The notes: a model not told the origin generated them from the sequence alone. A DNA stretch of 64,000 nucleotides from an uncultured delta proteobacterium (GCA_963796055.1 CAWCKH010000003.1:640001-704000); one strand, 5' to 3'. Counted from the first letter of the stretch, positions 27,420 through 38,341 are shown. Numbers and translations: made by a program.

Positions 27420-29403
27420 TCATTCCCCTGCTTGCTTGAACACGAACGGGTAGGTCACCACCGCCACGCCGCCGCCCTTGGGCTTGGGGAAGATCCAGGT
27501 CAACACGCGGCCGGCGATGCACCGGTCGAGCTCGGGCGTGTTGGTGGTGGAGCTCATCACGTTGGACGAGGCCACCGTCCCCGCCTCGGTGATGATCCAC
27601 CGGACCGACACCTTGCCGGTGAGCTTCGGATTCTTGGTGAGCGCGTTGTCGTAGCAGTACTTGAGCTGGTCGTGGTGGCTCCGCACGACGCGCCGGATGA
27701 GCTCCGGGTCCATCGAGCCGGTCACTTCGGGGTCGGACTGGGTGATGGAGATGTCCGCGCTGGACTTCTTCCCCATCCCGATCCCGGTCCCGTACTTGCC
27801 CTCGCCCCCTGCCACACCGCGCGTGCCCACCGCGCCGATGCCGATGGTGTTGCCCGTGCCGCCGCCGCCCCCGCCGCTGCCCTTCAGGCCCATGCCCAGC
27901 ACGCCGCCGGCGTCACCGACGGTCGAGCCGGTCATGTGGCCCATCGCCGCCTGGAGGCTGCCGCCGAGTCCCGCCCGGCCGAACAAGGTGGCGATGCCCG
28001 CGTTACCCTTCCCGCCGAAGATCCGCTGGGCGATGAGCCGCGCCTGGTCCTTGCTGTTGGGGTCGATGGCCTTCGGGGAGGCCTTGGCATCGCGGTTGGG
28101 CGCGTTCTTCCTGCCCATCTGCCCTTCGGTGCCCTGGAAGGCCGCCGGCGCCTCGCCCTTCTCCTTGGCCTTGTTCAGCTGCTCGATGAAGGGGTTCTTC
28201 TGCATCTCCGGCGGCTTCACCAGCAGCTTGGTGAGCACCGCGGTGTTGCCCGAGAGCTCGTCGGTGAACTCATCGCCCGAGGCCGCCCGGGTGATGGCCG
28301 CCACCACCAGGAGCCCGGCGAAGAAGAACACCAGGAGAAAGATGTTGAGCGCGGTCCAGTCGAGGCTCTCGGTGAGAGGCACCGCCACCCGCTGCGGGAC
28401 CGGCTGGAAGCAGAGATCCACCACCACCCCGCCCACGTCCACCAGCGCGACGTCGTCCGGCTCCAGGGCGATGGTGTAGGCGTCGTCCTCGCGCGTGGCC
28501 ATCCCCGACTCGATGGCCTGCAGCAAGGTGACGATCCGACCCTTGCGCTCCAGCTCGCCGGTCATCTGGCCGGTGATGCGGAGGGTGAAGCCACCGGCGC
28601 CGTCGGCGCTCACCAGCACGAACGATGGCGCGCCCAGCCGCTGGTCGCCGAGGGTGAAGTCCACTCCCGCGGCGCTGCCGATCTTGAACTCACCCTTGTG
28701 CTTCGGGCCCAGCAGCTGCTCGGCGAGGATTCTGATCGCCCCAGCGGAAGCGGAGCTCGAGTCCCAGCGGGCCCGCGCCCTTGCGGCGCAGCGGGCGCTC
28801 CCGGCCATCGAGGCGCGGCCAGGTCTCCTCGGGCGCGGTGGGACGCGGAGCGACCGGGGCCCGCGCGACGACCGGCGCGGGAGCGGGAGCAGCCGGAACG
28901 GGAGGGCGGACGGCAGGGGCCGCCGCGGGCACGGGCGTTGCCGCCGGAGTCACGATGGCCCGCGCGACGCTCGCCACGGGGACGGAGCGGGCCGCCTCCG
29001 AGAGCACGACAGCCGGCGACAGGCCGTTCCCGTTGGTGTGCACCGGAGCCGGGGCCGGAAGCTGGGCGGCAGCGGAGGCAAGCGCGGCCGCGGCCTTCGC
29101 CGTGGCCCCGTCCTCCACCTTGATCAGCGTGTTCCCGACCCGGATCTCGTCGCCGAAAGAAAGGACGCCCTTGTTCACCCGGCGGCCGTTGACCCAGGTG
29201 CCCTCCACGCTGCCCATGTCGATGATCGACAGCTTGCCGTCGGGGGCGACCTCGATGACCGAGTGGATGCGGCTGACCTTGTCGTCGTCGAGGCAGAGGT
29301 GCGCGGAGGCGAGCCGACCGATCTTGATGATGTCTCGGTCGTAGTCCTTCGCCGCGACCATCGCGTCGCCCTTGAAGACCTTGAGTGTGAGGGGCACGGC
29401 CAC
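27420..29403 (-). CDS. gltG: Gliding protein GltG/PglI (FHA, TM, TonB-C-like); frameshifted near 28730
   Basis: MAVPLTLKVFKG...IIKIGRLASAHLCLDDDKVSRIH FHA domain and C-terminal IRRVVRSH...VTYPFVF. Sequence GAT CAG A ATC CTC has one extra A; removing it gives GDQILAEQ and a ~660-aa ORF. Confidence 0.88.
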
Positions 29404-29431
29404 GGTTGTCGTCGCTCTCTCTCTCGAAACG

Positions 29432-29695
29432 CTACAACTCGTCCACCGACTGCATCACCTTGTCGCGGTACTCCTCGCGGATCCGGATGAGGTTGGAGTG
29501 CGGCACCTTCTTCAGTGCCTCGACGTACTCGCCGTCGGGCCGGCTGAGGTCACCCTCGATGGTGTCCTCCTCGAAGCTGAACTCGCTGCGCTTCTGCGCC
29601 TTCGCCGCAGCGGCCTCTGCCGAGCTGGCCGCCGACTTGTCCTGCGCGGCCGCGATCCACGGCACGAGAGCCACGATCAACATCCACACTCGCAT
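29432..29695 (-). CDS. gltF: Gliding protein GltF/CglF
   Basis: Signal peptide followed by FEEDTIEGDLSRPDGEY...HSNLIRIRE...VMQSVDEL. Confidence 0.9.
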   Translation of the reverse strand: MRVWMLIVALVPWIAAAQDKSAASSAEAAAAKAQKRSEFSFEEDTIEGDLSRPDGEYVEALKKVPHSNLIRIREEYRDKVMQSVDEL

Positions 29696-29820
29696 GACGC
29701 GTCCAACCCCCGAAGTTCTCCCCGACCCGGGAGATCCGCCTGGTTTCAATCTACATCGAATGGCGGAGGCCACACCAAACCCCGACTTCCCTGCGTCCCC
29801 CTCCGACGGACCACACACGC

Positions 29821-31137
29821 CTACAGCTTCTCCGGTACGTCCTTTCCGGTGTCCCCTGCCGTGCCTTTCGCCGGCGTCCCCTTCGCCGCCCGGTCCTCGG
29901 CGTCCTTGAGCCGTTGCTGCTGGAGCTTCTGCGCCTGGTCCAGGGTCTTGGCCTGCTGATCCTGCGCGCGGGCCTGCGACTTCGCCGCCACCAGGGCCTC
30001 GGCCTCGCGCCGCAGCGCGAGCACCGAAGCGTCGTTGGGGAGCGCCGACTCGCCCCCGGAGAGCGCGACATACTGCTTGTAGAGCTCGAGCGATTTCTCG
30101 GGCGCGTCCTTGTAGCGCTGCATCACGATGCCCCGGTTCAGGTAGATGGCAGCCAGCCGGGGCTGCAGCCTCTCCGCCGCCTCGTACTCGGCAAGCGCCT
30201 TGTCTGGCTGCCCGAGCCCCCGGTACGCCACACCCAGGTCGAGGTGGACCTCGGCGGTCCCGCCCCCGTCGGCCACTGCCCGGGAGAGGTGCTTCTCGGC
30301 CGCGGCGAAGTCCTCGTCCCGCAGCGCGAGCCGGGCCAGCGCCAATCGCGCCGGGACGAACCCCGGGCTCCCCTCCAGCGCCTTCTGGTACTGGGCCGCC
30401 GCCTTGTCCGCCGAGCCCTTGGCCAGCTGGGTGTCGCCGATGGCCAGGTACAGGTCCGGGTCGGTGGTGGAGATCTTCAGCGCCCGCACCCCGACCAGCT
30501 CGGCCATGGCGAACTGCTTCCGGTCGAGGTTGCTCCTGAGCAGAGTCTTGTAGGCGTCGAGGTTCTTGGGATCGCGGATGAGCGCCTGGCGGGACAGCTC
30601 CTGCGCCCGGTCGTGGTCGCTGGACAGCCGGTAGAGCTCGGCCAGCTGGGCGCGGCTCTCGGAGTCGTCGGGGAAGGCCCGGGCGACGTCGTTCCACTGG
30701 GCGATGGCCGAGGCCAGGTCGCCCTGGGCGCGGGTGAGCCGAGCCAGCCCCTCGGCAGCGGGCTTGAGCGAGGACTTCTTCTGCAGCGCCGAGCGGTAGA
30801 GCGCGTACGCCTGCTCACGCTTGCCCTGGCGCTCGGCGAGGACCCCCAGGTTGTAGTCGGCCTCGGCGAAGGTCGGGTCGGCCTGGCGGACCGCCTCGAA
30901 CCGCCGCTCTAGCGCCGCGTCGTCACGGGACCCGGACTTGGCCTGCGCCTCGGCGGCCTTGGTGGCGTCCTCGAAGAGCAGCAGCGCCCGGGAGTTCGGG
31001 GCGCCGGCGGCGGGCGCGCTGACCGGAGCGGCAGCCGCCTTCTCCGCCGGAGCCGAGGTGGCGCAGGCGGTGGCGAGGAGCGCGGCAGTGGTGGTGGCGA
31101 GGAGTCGGCGTGCGGACATGACGGGCGTGGAGATCAC
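29821..31137 (-). CDS. gltE: Gliding TPR lipoprotein GltE/AglT
   Basis: Lipobox LATAC, TPR repeats (AEADYNLGVLAERQGK), GTGA overlap with gltD. An alternative ATG is at 31119. Confidence 0.88.
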   Translation of the reverse strand: MISTPVMSARRLLATTTAALLATACATSAPAEKAAAAPVSAPAAGAPNSRALLLFEDATKAAEAQAKSGSRDDAALERRFEAVRQADPTFAEADYNLGVLAERQGKREQAYALYRSALQKKSSLKPAAEGLARLTRAQGDLASAIAQWNDVARAFPDDSESRAQLAELYRLSSDHDRAQELSRQALIRDPKNLDAYKTLLRSNLDRKQFAMAELVGVRALKISTTDPDLYLAIGDTQLAKGSADKAAAQYQKALEGSPGFVPARLALARLALRDEDFAAAEKHLSRAVADGGGTAEVHLDLGVAYRGLGQPDKALAEYEAAERLQPRLAAIYLNRGIVMQRYKDAPEKSLELYKQYVALSGGESALPNDASVLALRREAEALVAAKSQARAQDQQAKTLDQAQKLQQQRLKDAEDRAAKGTPAKGTAGDTGKDVPEKL

Positions 31138-34100
31138 TGGCGAAGGTCCTCCGGCTCGGCGTCGGCGGCCGGCTTCTTCGGCTGGCTGGCGCTCGCCGGC
31201 ACGACCTCGGGCGCGCGGGCGTCCGCCGGCCGGTGGCCGGGGCGGAGGTCGCTCGCGTCGTCCTGTCGGCCGCTGCCCGAGGCCGCCTGCGGCTCACGGG
31301 TCACCACCGGACGGCCAGGCGGCAGCCCGGCGCTGGTTCCCTTGAGCACCACCCCGGGCATGGGCGGCTGCACCTGGGTGAGGAGCTGGGGTGGAGGCGG
31401 CTGCACGCCGCGATCCTGCCGCGGGTTGGACACCTCCTCGAGGAGCGGCGGGTACTGCGCCGGGCGGTAGGTGGTGCGCAGGACTTGCAGACTCTTGGTG
31501 GCGCAATCGCTGCGGATGCCGAGCTCGCGGCTCTTGGCCACCGCGGCGGCGAAGTGGTCCGCGGCCTTCTCCCGGATGGGCTGGGCCTGCTGCTCGAGCT
31601 GGTTCTTCAGCTCCTCCTGGGCCTCGGGGGGCAGCGAGCGGAGCATCGGGGCGTTGGCCACCGCGTCCGCCATGTTCTCGTAGGCCAGACCGATCTTCCG
31701 CAGCGAGCAGATGGCGGGCTCGGGAGCACCCAAGGCGACGGTGTTGGTGTACAGCCGGTTGATCTCGTCCAGCGACTTGCCCTTCTCCTTGATGCTGTCG
31801 CGGAAGCCCTTCACCGGGTCGCCGCCCTTGCCCCAGTGGAGCTTCTGCCGGGCGTAGTACTGGAACTGCTCCTCGTTCTTGGCGTAGGTCGCCCGGGCCA
31901 CCGCCTCCTTGGCCGCCGGCTCCAGGGCGTCCTTCTGACGCCGGTAGAGCTTGTCGTAGTAGTCGAGGATCGTCTTCTGCCGCCGGGCGACCGCGCGGGG
32001 GTTCTTCAGCTTCTGCTCCTCGATGAGGAGCATGCGGGCCTGGGCGGCGAGGAACTTGTTGTGGTCGCGCTCCTGGTCCCGGGCCCGCTGCTCGAGGAAG
32101 GCCACCGCCTTGCCGTTCTGGTTCATGCGCTCGTGCAGGTCGGCGATCGAGCGCGCGACCGTCTCCGAGTCCTTGGCCGCCGGCCAGATCTCGAGGTAGC
32201 GCTCGCGGTCCTTGAGGGCCTGGCGGAGCTGACCGAGCCCCTCACGGTAGACGCCGGCGTTGAACAGGGCGATCTGCGCCTTGGACTCCTCCCAGACCGG
32301 CCCCTCCTTCTTCGGCTCCTCCACCGGCGCCTTGGCCTGCCTGCCCTTCTTCTTGCTCCCCCTCTTCGACTTGTCGGCGGGAACCAGCTGCTTCTCGAAG
32401 CCACGGACGTACAGCTCGTAGGCGTCGGCGGCGTGCTCGAAGTCGCCGATCGCCTCGTAGCCCTCGGCGTTGGCCCACTGGCATACGGGGACCAGCGGGC
32501 TGTGCGGGTAGTTGCGGAAGAGCAGCTCGCGGGTGGCGAGCGCCTTCTCCAGCATGTGCGCCCGGTAGAAATCGGTCGAGGCGTTGTAGAGCGCCTTGTC
32601 CGCGATCTGGGTCCGGGGGAAGTCCTTCACGAAGTCCAGGTAGGCCTGGGCCGCGGCGGCGTACTCGTGCTTCTCCTCCAGCTGACTCACCAGCTTGAAG
32701 CTCGACTGCTCGATGACCTTCGCCAGCTCTTCCTTGAACTTGCCGGTGGCGAGCTTGTCGTTGGCGTAGAAGCGCCGGGCCCACTCGTTGACCTTCTTGT
32801 AGTCGCCGAGCGCGTTGTACGAGTCGAGGACCAGGTTGGCGGCGATCTCGCCGGCGCGGTCTCCGTTGTCGAACTTGTGGTCCGGCGCGTTGAGGGCGAT
32901 CTCGCTGAACCGGAACACCGCCTCGTCGTAGCGGTGATGGTCGTAGTAGAGCTTCGCCGCCTTGTAGGCGACCTCCACCCGCTTCTCGCCCCGGGGCAGG
33001 TACTTGAGGTAGCGCTCGCAGGCGTCGATCAGGACTTTCCGCTGCGGGGCGAAGGGCACCACCGTCTTGAGGTCGGTCCCGCTGGGCGGCTTCAGCTCGC
33101 CCTTCTGCTCGGCGCGGCGCACCACCTCGTCACCGGCGTAGACCGCGTTGAACGCCGCGTTGGGTAGCCACTTGCCCGGCTTCTGCTTGCCGTCGATGGC
33201 CTTGCCATCCTGCGTGACCACCCAGGTGTACTGCTGCTCGGCCTCGGGGTACTTCCGGAGGTAATCATTGAGAAGCTCGCCCCAGTAGAAGTGCAGGTCG
33301 TAGGACTTCTTGTTGTCGGGGAAGAGCGTCAGGTAGTCGGCGTAGACCTCGTTGGCGTACTCGAAGGTGTCGTCGTCCCGGGTCTTCCGCCCCTCGATGT
33401 GCCAGTTGACGGCGATGTTGGAGAGGGTGCGCTCGGACAGGTCCTTGGCCGAGGCCATGGCCTTCTTGTCCGCATCGGTCTTGACGTTGCCCGACTTCTC
33501 GACGTCGCCGATGACCTTCACCAGCTTGCGGATCTGGGCCACCGTCTGCTTCTTGTCGCCGGCGCGGAGCACGCAGTCGACGATGCGGCTCTGCCAGCCC
33601 GGCGTCTTGGCGATGAGTGGCTTCTCCTTGATCAGGAAGCTGTAGGCCAGCGCCGCATCGCGGTCCTTGCCCGCGTCGTAGTAGAGGCTGGCCAGCAGCT
33701 CCATCATCCCGAAGCGATCGTCCGGGTTGCTGGCCACGGTGCTGAAGTTCTCCTTCGCCTGCTGTGGGAGCAACCCGGCGCGCTCGTAGGCCCGGACGTA
33801 GTCGTTTCGCGCCTCGCGGATCAGGGTGGCCTTGCCCTTGGCGCCACCCTGCTTCTCCAGCGCCGAGGCGCCGGTGAACTCGCCGTAGAGGACGGTGGCC
33901 TTGAAGAGGTCCATCGCCCGCGGGTAGTCGGTGAGGTTGAAATGGCACCACCCCTGCTTGTAGAGCGCGAATCCGTAGATCGAGCTCTCGGGGTAGTTGG
34001 CCGCCGACTTGTACGCCTCCAGCGCCTTGAGCAGCCAGTCACGGCGGCCCTTGCTGTTGTTGAAGTAGTACTCGCCGAAGGCCAGGTAGGCGTCGGGCAC

Positions 34101-34727
34101 GAAGCGCGACTTGGGGTAGTCCTTGACCAGCTTGCCGTAGGCGATGAGGGCCTTCTTCTCCTCGTTGAGGTCCATCAGGTTGTGGGCCAGGAAGAAGAGC
34201 ACCTCGTCGGTGCGCGGGTAGTCGCGGTACTTCTGGACGATCTGGGTGTACTGGTTGACCGCCAGCTTGGCGTTGGCGTCGCGCTGGACCATCAGCGTCG
34301 CCTTCTCCTTCTTGGCCTTCTCTTGAAGGGCGACGTCCTTGGTCGCCAGCCCGCGGATGAGATCGTCGTCCTTGCGGTTCGCCTGGAAGAAGTAGTCGCG
34401 CGATTCCTCGAAGTAGAGCTCGCCGAGGCGGAAGAGGAGGTCCGGGGTCTCCTTCGAGTCGCCGGACAGCTCGATGATCCGCTGGAGCGAGTCGATCTGG
34501 CTCCGGCGCTTGTCCGAGATCTGCCGCTCCACGCCGAGCTGGAAATGGTCGTACTCGAGCGGGGCGCCGCCGGTGTCCTCCTTCTTCCGCGTGATGTCGC
34601 CGGCGAGCGACGAGTCCAGCGTCGTCTGCTCCTTCTTTCCGAGCGTTTGCTCCTTCGGTGCGCGGGCCGTGTCGGCCGCATGCGCGAACATGGGAACCGT
34701 CAGGAGAAGAACGAGGGAGCGTCGCAT
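31134..34727 (-). CDS. gltD: Gliding TPR protein GltD/AgmU
   Basis: Signal peptide MRRSLVLLLTVPMFAHA, about 1197 aa of TPRs (PDLLFRLGELYFEES, YKQGWCHFN). First gene of the G1 cluster. Confidence 0.88.
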   Translation of the reverse strand: MRRSLVLLLTVPMFAHAADTARAPKEQTLGKKEQTTLDSSLAGDITRKKEDTGGAPLEYDHFQLGVERQISDKRRSQIDSLQRIIELSGDSKETPDLLFRLGELYFEESRDYFFQANRKDDDLIRGLATKDVALQEKAKKEKATLMVQRDANAKLAVNQYTQIVQKYRDYPRTDEVLFFLAHNLMDLNEEKKALIAYGKLVKDYPKSRFVPDAYLAFGEYYFNNSKGRRDWLLKALEAYKSAANYPESSIYGFALYKQGWCHFNLTDYPRAMDLFKATVLYGEFTGASALEKQGGAKGKATLIREARNDYVRAYERAGLLPQQAKENFSTVASNPDDRFGMMELLASLYYDAGKDRDAALAYSFLIKEKPLIAKTPGWQSRIVDCVLRAGDKKQTVAQIRKLVKVIGDVEKSGNVKTDADKKAMASAKDLSERTLSNIAVNWHIEGRKTRDDDTFEYANEVYADYLTLFPDNKKSYDLHFYWGELLNDYLRKYPEAEQQYTWVVTQDGKAIDGKQKPGKWLPNAAFNAVYAGDEVVRRAEQKGELKPPSGTDLKTVVPFAPQRKVLIDACERYLKYLPRGEKRVEVAYKAAKLYYDHHRYDEAVFRFSEIALNAPDHKFDNGDRAGEIAANLVLDSYNALGDYKKVNEWARRFYANDKLATGKFKEELAKVIEQSSFKLVSQLEEKHEYAAAAQAYLDFVKDFPRTQIADKALYNASTDFYRAHMLEKALATRELLFRNYPHSPLVPVCQWANAEGYEAIGDFEHAADAYELYVRGFEKQLVPADKSKRGSKKKGRQAKAPVEEPKKEGPVWEESKAQIALFNAGVYREGLGQLRQALKDRERYLEIWPAAKDSETVARSIADLHERMNQNGKAVAFLEQRARDQERDHNKFLAAQARMLLIEEQKLKNPRAVARRQKTILDYYDKLYRRQKDALEPAAKEAVARATYAKNEEQFQYYARQKLHWGKGGDPVKGFRDSIKEKGKSLDEINRLYTNTVALGAPEPAICSLRKIGLAYENMADAVANAPMLRSLPPEAQEELKNQLEQQAQPIREKAADHFAAAVAKSRELGIRSDCATKSLQVLRTTYRPAQYPPLLEEVSNPRQDRGVQPPPPQLLTQVQPPMPGVVLKGTSAGLPPGRPVVTREPQAASGSGRQDDASDLRPGHRPADARAPEVVPASASQPKKPAADAEPEDLRQ

Positions 34728-34907
34728 GTGGATGTGGACTCCGGACCCGTGTACCCAGGCGCCTTGGCCGGTGTTCGTACGAGCGGGCAAGCCATTGATC
34801 GTCTTGGGAATTTCTTCGGAGTTGCAGCGGCATCATCCTCAACCTCCTGACGGGAGGTCAACCGGGCCCACCCCTCGACCGGCCGCCTGCTCAGGTGGAG
34901 GTGTGGA

Positions 34908-35219
34908 ATGAGTCTTCTTCCGCCCACCTCGACCTTCGCCGAGCGTGTGGAAGTGCTCTTCGCCGTGGTGCGAGGGCGCGGGCTGGCGCTCGGCGCCCTG
35001 GACCGGGAGCTGCTCGGGCGGTGGTCGGAGTCTGGAGTCCCGCTGGAGGTGGTCGCACGTGGGCTACTTCGCGCGGCCGAGCGGGCGCGGTGGAACGGCC
35101 CGGTGGGCGCCGCCCCGCGCTCGCTCCGTGCCTGCCGTCCGGAAGTGGAGGAGGAAATCGAGGCGTGGAAGCTCCGCAGCGTGGGCGCCGGCAGCAGCCG
35201 AAAGGGCGACGGTGTCTGA
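34908..35219 (+). CDS. Hypothetical protein upstream of the DnaC-like ATPase
   Basis: SD GGAGG. Compact helical ORF (FAVVRGRGLALGALDRELLGRW...GVPLEVVARG...PRSLRAC). Confidence 0.7.
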   Translation: MSLLPPTSTFAERVEVLFAVVRGRGLALGALDRELLGRWSESGVPLEVVARGLLRAAERARWNGPVGAAPRSLRACRPEVEEEIEAWKLRSVGAGSSRKGDGV

Positions 35220-35486
35220 AACCGGTGGGTTTCCTGTGGACGTCATGTGCGCGACCGGCGATCATCCTGGGGATCGCGGGTCCGCGCGCGCCGGCATCAT
35301 TCGGCCGCGGACGATTCCGCTCGCAGCGTCGATCGCGCGCACGATCGATCGCGCGAGCCCGGAACGCATGTCCACCTTGCGCGTGCAGCGCCCGGAGATG
35401 GTACACGACGCGGTTCCTCGGTCCCGAGCGCTGCGCGGCATGACGCCACGCACCTGGGGACGTCGCGACTGAGGCCACACGACGAC

Positions 35487-36458
35487 ATGGAAGCCCTTGC
35501 CACCACCTCCAGCTGCCCCGAGTGCCGGGGTGACGGCTACCGGGTCGAGGCCGAGGTCCAGCCCGGCCCAGGCGACGGCGAGGGACGACGCGCACGGGCG
35601 GTGGCCCGGGTGTGCATCTGCCGCGAGCGCTGCCCGCACTGCGAGGGGCGCGGCTTCGTCTACACCGCGCGCCAGGTCGAGTTCAGCAGGAAGGTCGGTC
35701 CGAGGACCTACGAGGCGCTGGTTCCGTGCGTGTGCCGGCTCCTGGCGCAGCGGGTGGCCAACTTCGCCCAGGTGGGCATCCCCGCCCACCACGCGACCAG
35801 CAGCTTCACCACCTTCCGCGCCAAGGGGGACGACCAGGAGAAGACCGCCGCGCTGGAGCAGGCGCTCGGCGTCGCCCGCGCCGTGGCGCAGGAGTGGCGG
35901 CGCGATCGGCCGGCGCGTGGCTTCGTCCTCTCCGGCCGGGTGGGCTCGGGGAAGACGCATCTGCTCTCGGCCACCTTGCGGCATCTGGTGCTGGAGCGCG
36001 GCGCCTCGGCGCAGTACCGGGAGATTTCCCTGCTCTTCGCCGACATCCGCCGCGGGTTCAACGCCGGGAAGAGTGGCGGGGAGATCATCGCCCGGCTGGT
36101 GGACGCCGACGTGCTGGCCATCGACGAGCTCGGCCGCGGGCGGGGCAGCCCCTTCGAGATGGAGACGCTCGACGAGCTGATCGCCCGCCGCTACAACTCC
36201 GGGCTCACCACCATCGTCGCCACCAACTTCTCGCTCGAGCGCGAGCGGCCGCCGTCCACGGGGCCCCGGGGCTTTCAGGCGCCGGCGCAGGCCCTGGAGG
36301 AACGTGAGGAGCTGCTGGTGGAGCGGATCGGCGAGCGCATCTACAGCCGGCTCTGCGAGATGTGCGACTTCGTCTCGCTTCCGGCCCGCACCGACGACTT
36401 CCGGCGCACCAAGCAGGACGGACGCCCCACGCGGCGGCTGGTGCGCCCGGCGTCGTAG
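35487..36458 (+). CDS. DnaC/IstB-like AAA+ ATPase with N-terminal zinc-binding Cys clusters
   Basis: CPECRGDG, CIC, CPHCEGRG and CVC. Walker A GRVGSGKTHL, Walker B LAIDELG, VATNF, IGERIYSRLCEMC. Confidence 0.9.
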   Translation: MEALATTSSCPECRGDGYRVEAEVQPGPGDGEGRRARAVARVCICRERCPHCEGRGFVYTARQVEFSRKVGPRTYEALVPCVCRLLAQRVANFAQVGIPAHHATSSFTTFRAKGDDQEKTAALEQALGVARAVAQEWRRDRPARGFVLSGRVGSGKTHLLSATLRHLVLERGASAQYREISLLFADIRRGFNAGKSGGEIIARLVDADVLAIDELGRGRGSPFEMETLDELIARRYNSGLTTIVATNFSLERERPPSTGPRGFQAPAQALEEREELLVERIGERIYSRLCEMCDFVSLPARTDDFRRTKQDGRPTRRLVRPAS

Positions 36459-37678
36459 TGCGGAGGCCCCGCCGCAGCCTTCACTCGGGCCGGGCCGTCG
36501 TCCGAGCGCTGCGCGTCGCAGCCTGGGCCGCCGTCCCCAGCCTGCTGGGGGGATGGGCGGTCGGGGAACCAGACCTGTGTGTCATCTCCCGCCACTCCGG
36601 AGAGATCCTCGCCGGAGACGATTTCGAGCTGCTCGACTCGATTCCACGCCGCGCGCTGCAGCTCGCCGAGTCCGTTCGCGTCGCGGCAGAGGCGGGAAGA
36701 GGCGCGTGGCAGGTGGGAGGCGGCTACGAGGTCCAACTGGAGCGCGATCGCATCGTGGTGCGCGCTGGCCACGCCCGGGAGCTGCCTGCCACCACCCGCG
36801 GGGATGATCCGGTCGAGGTCCAGGTATTCGGGCTGGTCGGGTCGGAGCGGGTGAACGTCCTCTGCCGCGGGCGCGCTGTCCGGGTCAGCTCCAGCGAGAC
36901 CGAGGACCTCCCTCCGGGGTGGCAGTCGCTCCGGAGCGTGCTCGGCAGGGGCGCCATCCTGTGCACCTCCGGGCCGTGGCTGGTCCGGGTGGCGGGGAGC
37001 AAACCGCGTCCGTACGCAGGCGTCCTTTCCTTCCGTCCGTTGCCCGACCGGCCCCCGGAGCCTGGGAGCACCCGGCGAGAGGCGCGGGCCCGGCGGGGCT
37101 CGGAGGTCATCTTCCGCACGACGCTCTCCGCGTACGTCGCGGGCGTCCTGGCGGCGGAGCAGGCGGGGCTGACCGGCGAGGCGGCGATCGCGCTGGCGCA
37201 GGTCATCGCCCACGATGCCCGCGTCGAGCGCCATCCCGGGCGGCCTCTGTGTGACACCACCCATTGCCAGGTGTTCCTCGGGACGGCGCCGGCGACCGCC
37301 GCAGTGACCGAAGCGCTCGCCTTGTCCGAGCTGCCCACGACGCGGTGGCTCCCCTACTTCCAGGGTGGGGACGAGCCGTGGGAGACCCGGCGCCCGGCGG
37401 CGGACGTGCGGGCATTGCTGGGCGAGGCGAAGCGCTTCGGCGGAGACGGACGCACCCTCGAGGTGACGAGGCTCGGTGGCGTCGAGCGTGTTCCCTGTGA
37501 GCCGGTCCGGGCCGCGCTGCGCCTGCCGAGCTGTCCCACCGACGGCCGCTTCGACGGCGAGAGCGTCCGGATACGCGGACGCGGGCGCGGACACGGTCTA
37601 GGGCTCGACGTGGAGGCCGCGCGGAGGTCGGGGCTGAGCGCGGCCGAGCTGCTCCGACGCGCCTACGGGCTCCCGTAG
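36458..37678 (+). CDS. SpoIID/LytB-domain protein (YfaQ-like)
   Basis: YVAGVLAAE, LCDTTHCQVF, GRGRGHGLGLDV, AELLRRAY. Confidence 0.75.
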   Translation: MRRPRRSLHSGRAVVRALRVAAWAAVPSLLGGWAVGEPDLCVISRHSGEILAGDDFELLDSIPRRALQLAESVRVAAEAGRGAWQVGGGYEVQLERDRIVVRAGHARELPATTRGDDPVEVQVFGLVGSERVNVLCRGRAVRVSSSETEDLPPGWQSLRSVLGRGAILCTSGPWLVRVAGSKPRPYAGVLSFRPLPDRPPEPGSTRREARARRGSEVIFRTTLSAYVAGVLAAEQAGLTGEAAIALAQVIAHDARVERHPGRPLCDTTHCQVFLGTAPATAAVTEALALSELPTTRWLPYFQGGDEPWETRRPAADVRALLGEAKRFGGDGRTLEVTRLGGVERVPCEPVRAALRLPSCPTDGRFDGESVRIRGRGRGHGLGLDVEAARRSGLSAAELLRRAYGLP

Positions 37679-37786
37679 TCCGAGAAGGTCCCAGTTCGAG
37701 GCGAGCGGCACCTGAGCGTGGAACGAGCTCACCGGCCCGCATTTCTTGGCGGCGTGGCGGCCAGGCAGCCGCTAAGTCGCCACGTC

Positions 37787-38341
37787 ATGAGCCACCCCAC
37801 TCGCGGGTTTCACGTTCGCCAGGCCCGTCCGGAGGAACTCGCCGCACTCGGCCGGCTCGTCGCGGACAGCTATGCCGCGCTCCCGGGGATGCCGGGACCC
37901 GAAGAGCAAACGGCGTACTACGCAATGGTGCGTGACGCGGCAGCGCGCGCGCGCAACCCGGCCATCCGCATCCTCGCCGCGGTCACGCTCGACGGCGAGT
38001 TGCTCGGAAGCGCCGACCTGATCGAGGACATGGCCCACTACGGCTCGGGAGGGACGGCCAGCATGCGGGTCGATGCGGCAGGCATCCGCCTGCTCGCAGT
38101 CGCGCCCGCGGCGCGCGGTCGCGGCGTCGGCAAAGCGCTCACGCGCCACTGCATCGAGCACGCTCAAGCCCTGGGCAGGTCCAGCGTCGTCCTGCACACC
38201 ACCCGGGCGATGGAGACAGCGTGGGGGCTGTACGAGCAACTCGGGTTCCAGCGCGCCCCGGACCTCGACTTCCGGCAGGGAGCCCTGGAGGTCTTCGGGT
38301 TCGAGCTCAAGCTCCCGGCCCGAGCGACGGCCCTGCGATAG
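37787..38341 (+). CDS. GNAT family N-acetyltransferase
   Basis: IRLLAVAPAARGRGVGKAL, LHTTRAM, LYEQLGF. Confidence 0.9.
   Translation: MSHPTRGFHVRQARPEELAALGRLVADSYAALPGMPGPEEQTAYYAMVRDAAARARNPAIRILAAVTLDGELLGSADLIEDMAHYGSGGTASMRVDAAGIRLLAVAPAARGRGVGKALTRHCIEHAQALGRSSVVLHTTRAMETAWGLYEQLGFQRAPDLDFRQGALEVFGFELKLPARATALR

Noticed and set aside
35487..36458. IS21 element (IstB)
   Set aside because: No IstA transposase or terminal inverted repeats nearby. The zinc-finger N-terminus fits a DnaC-like protein better.
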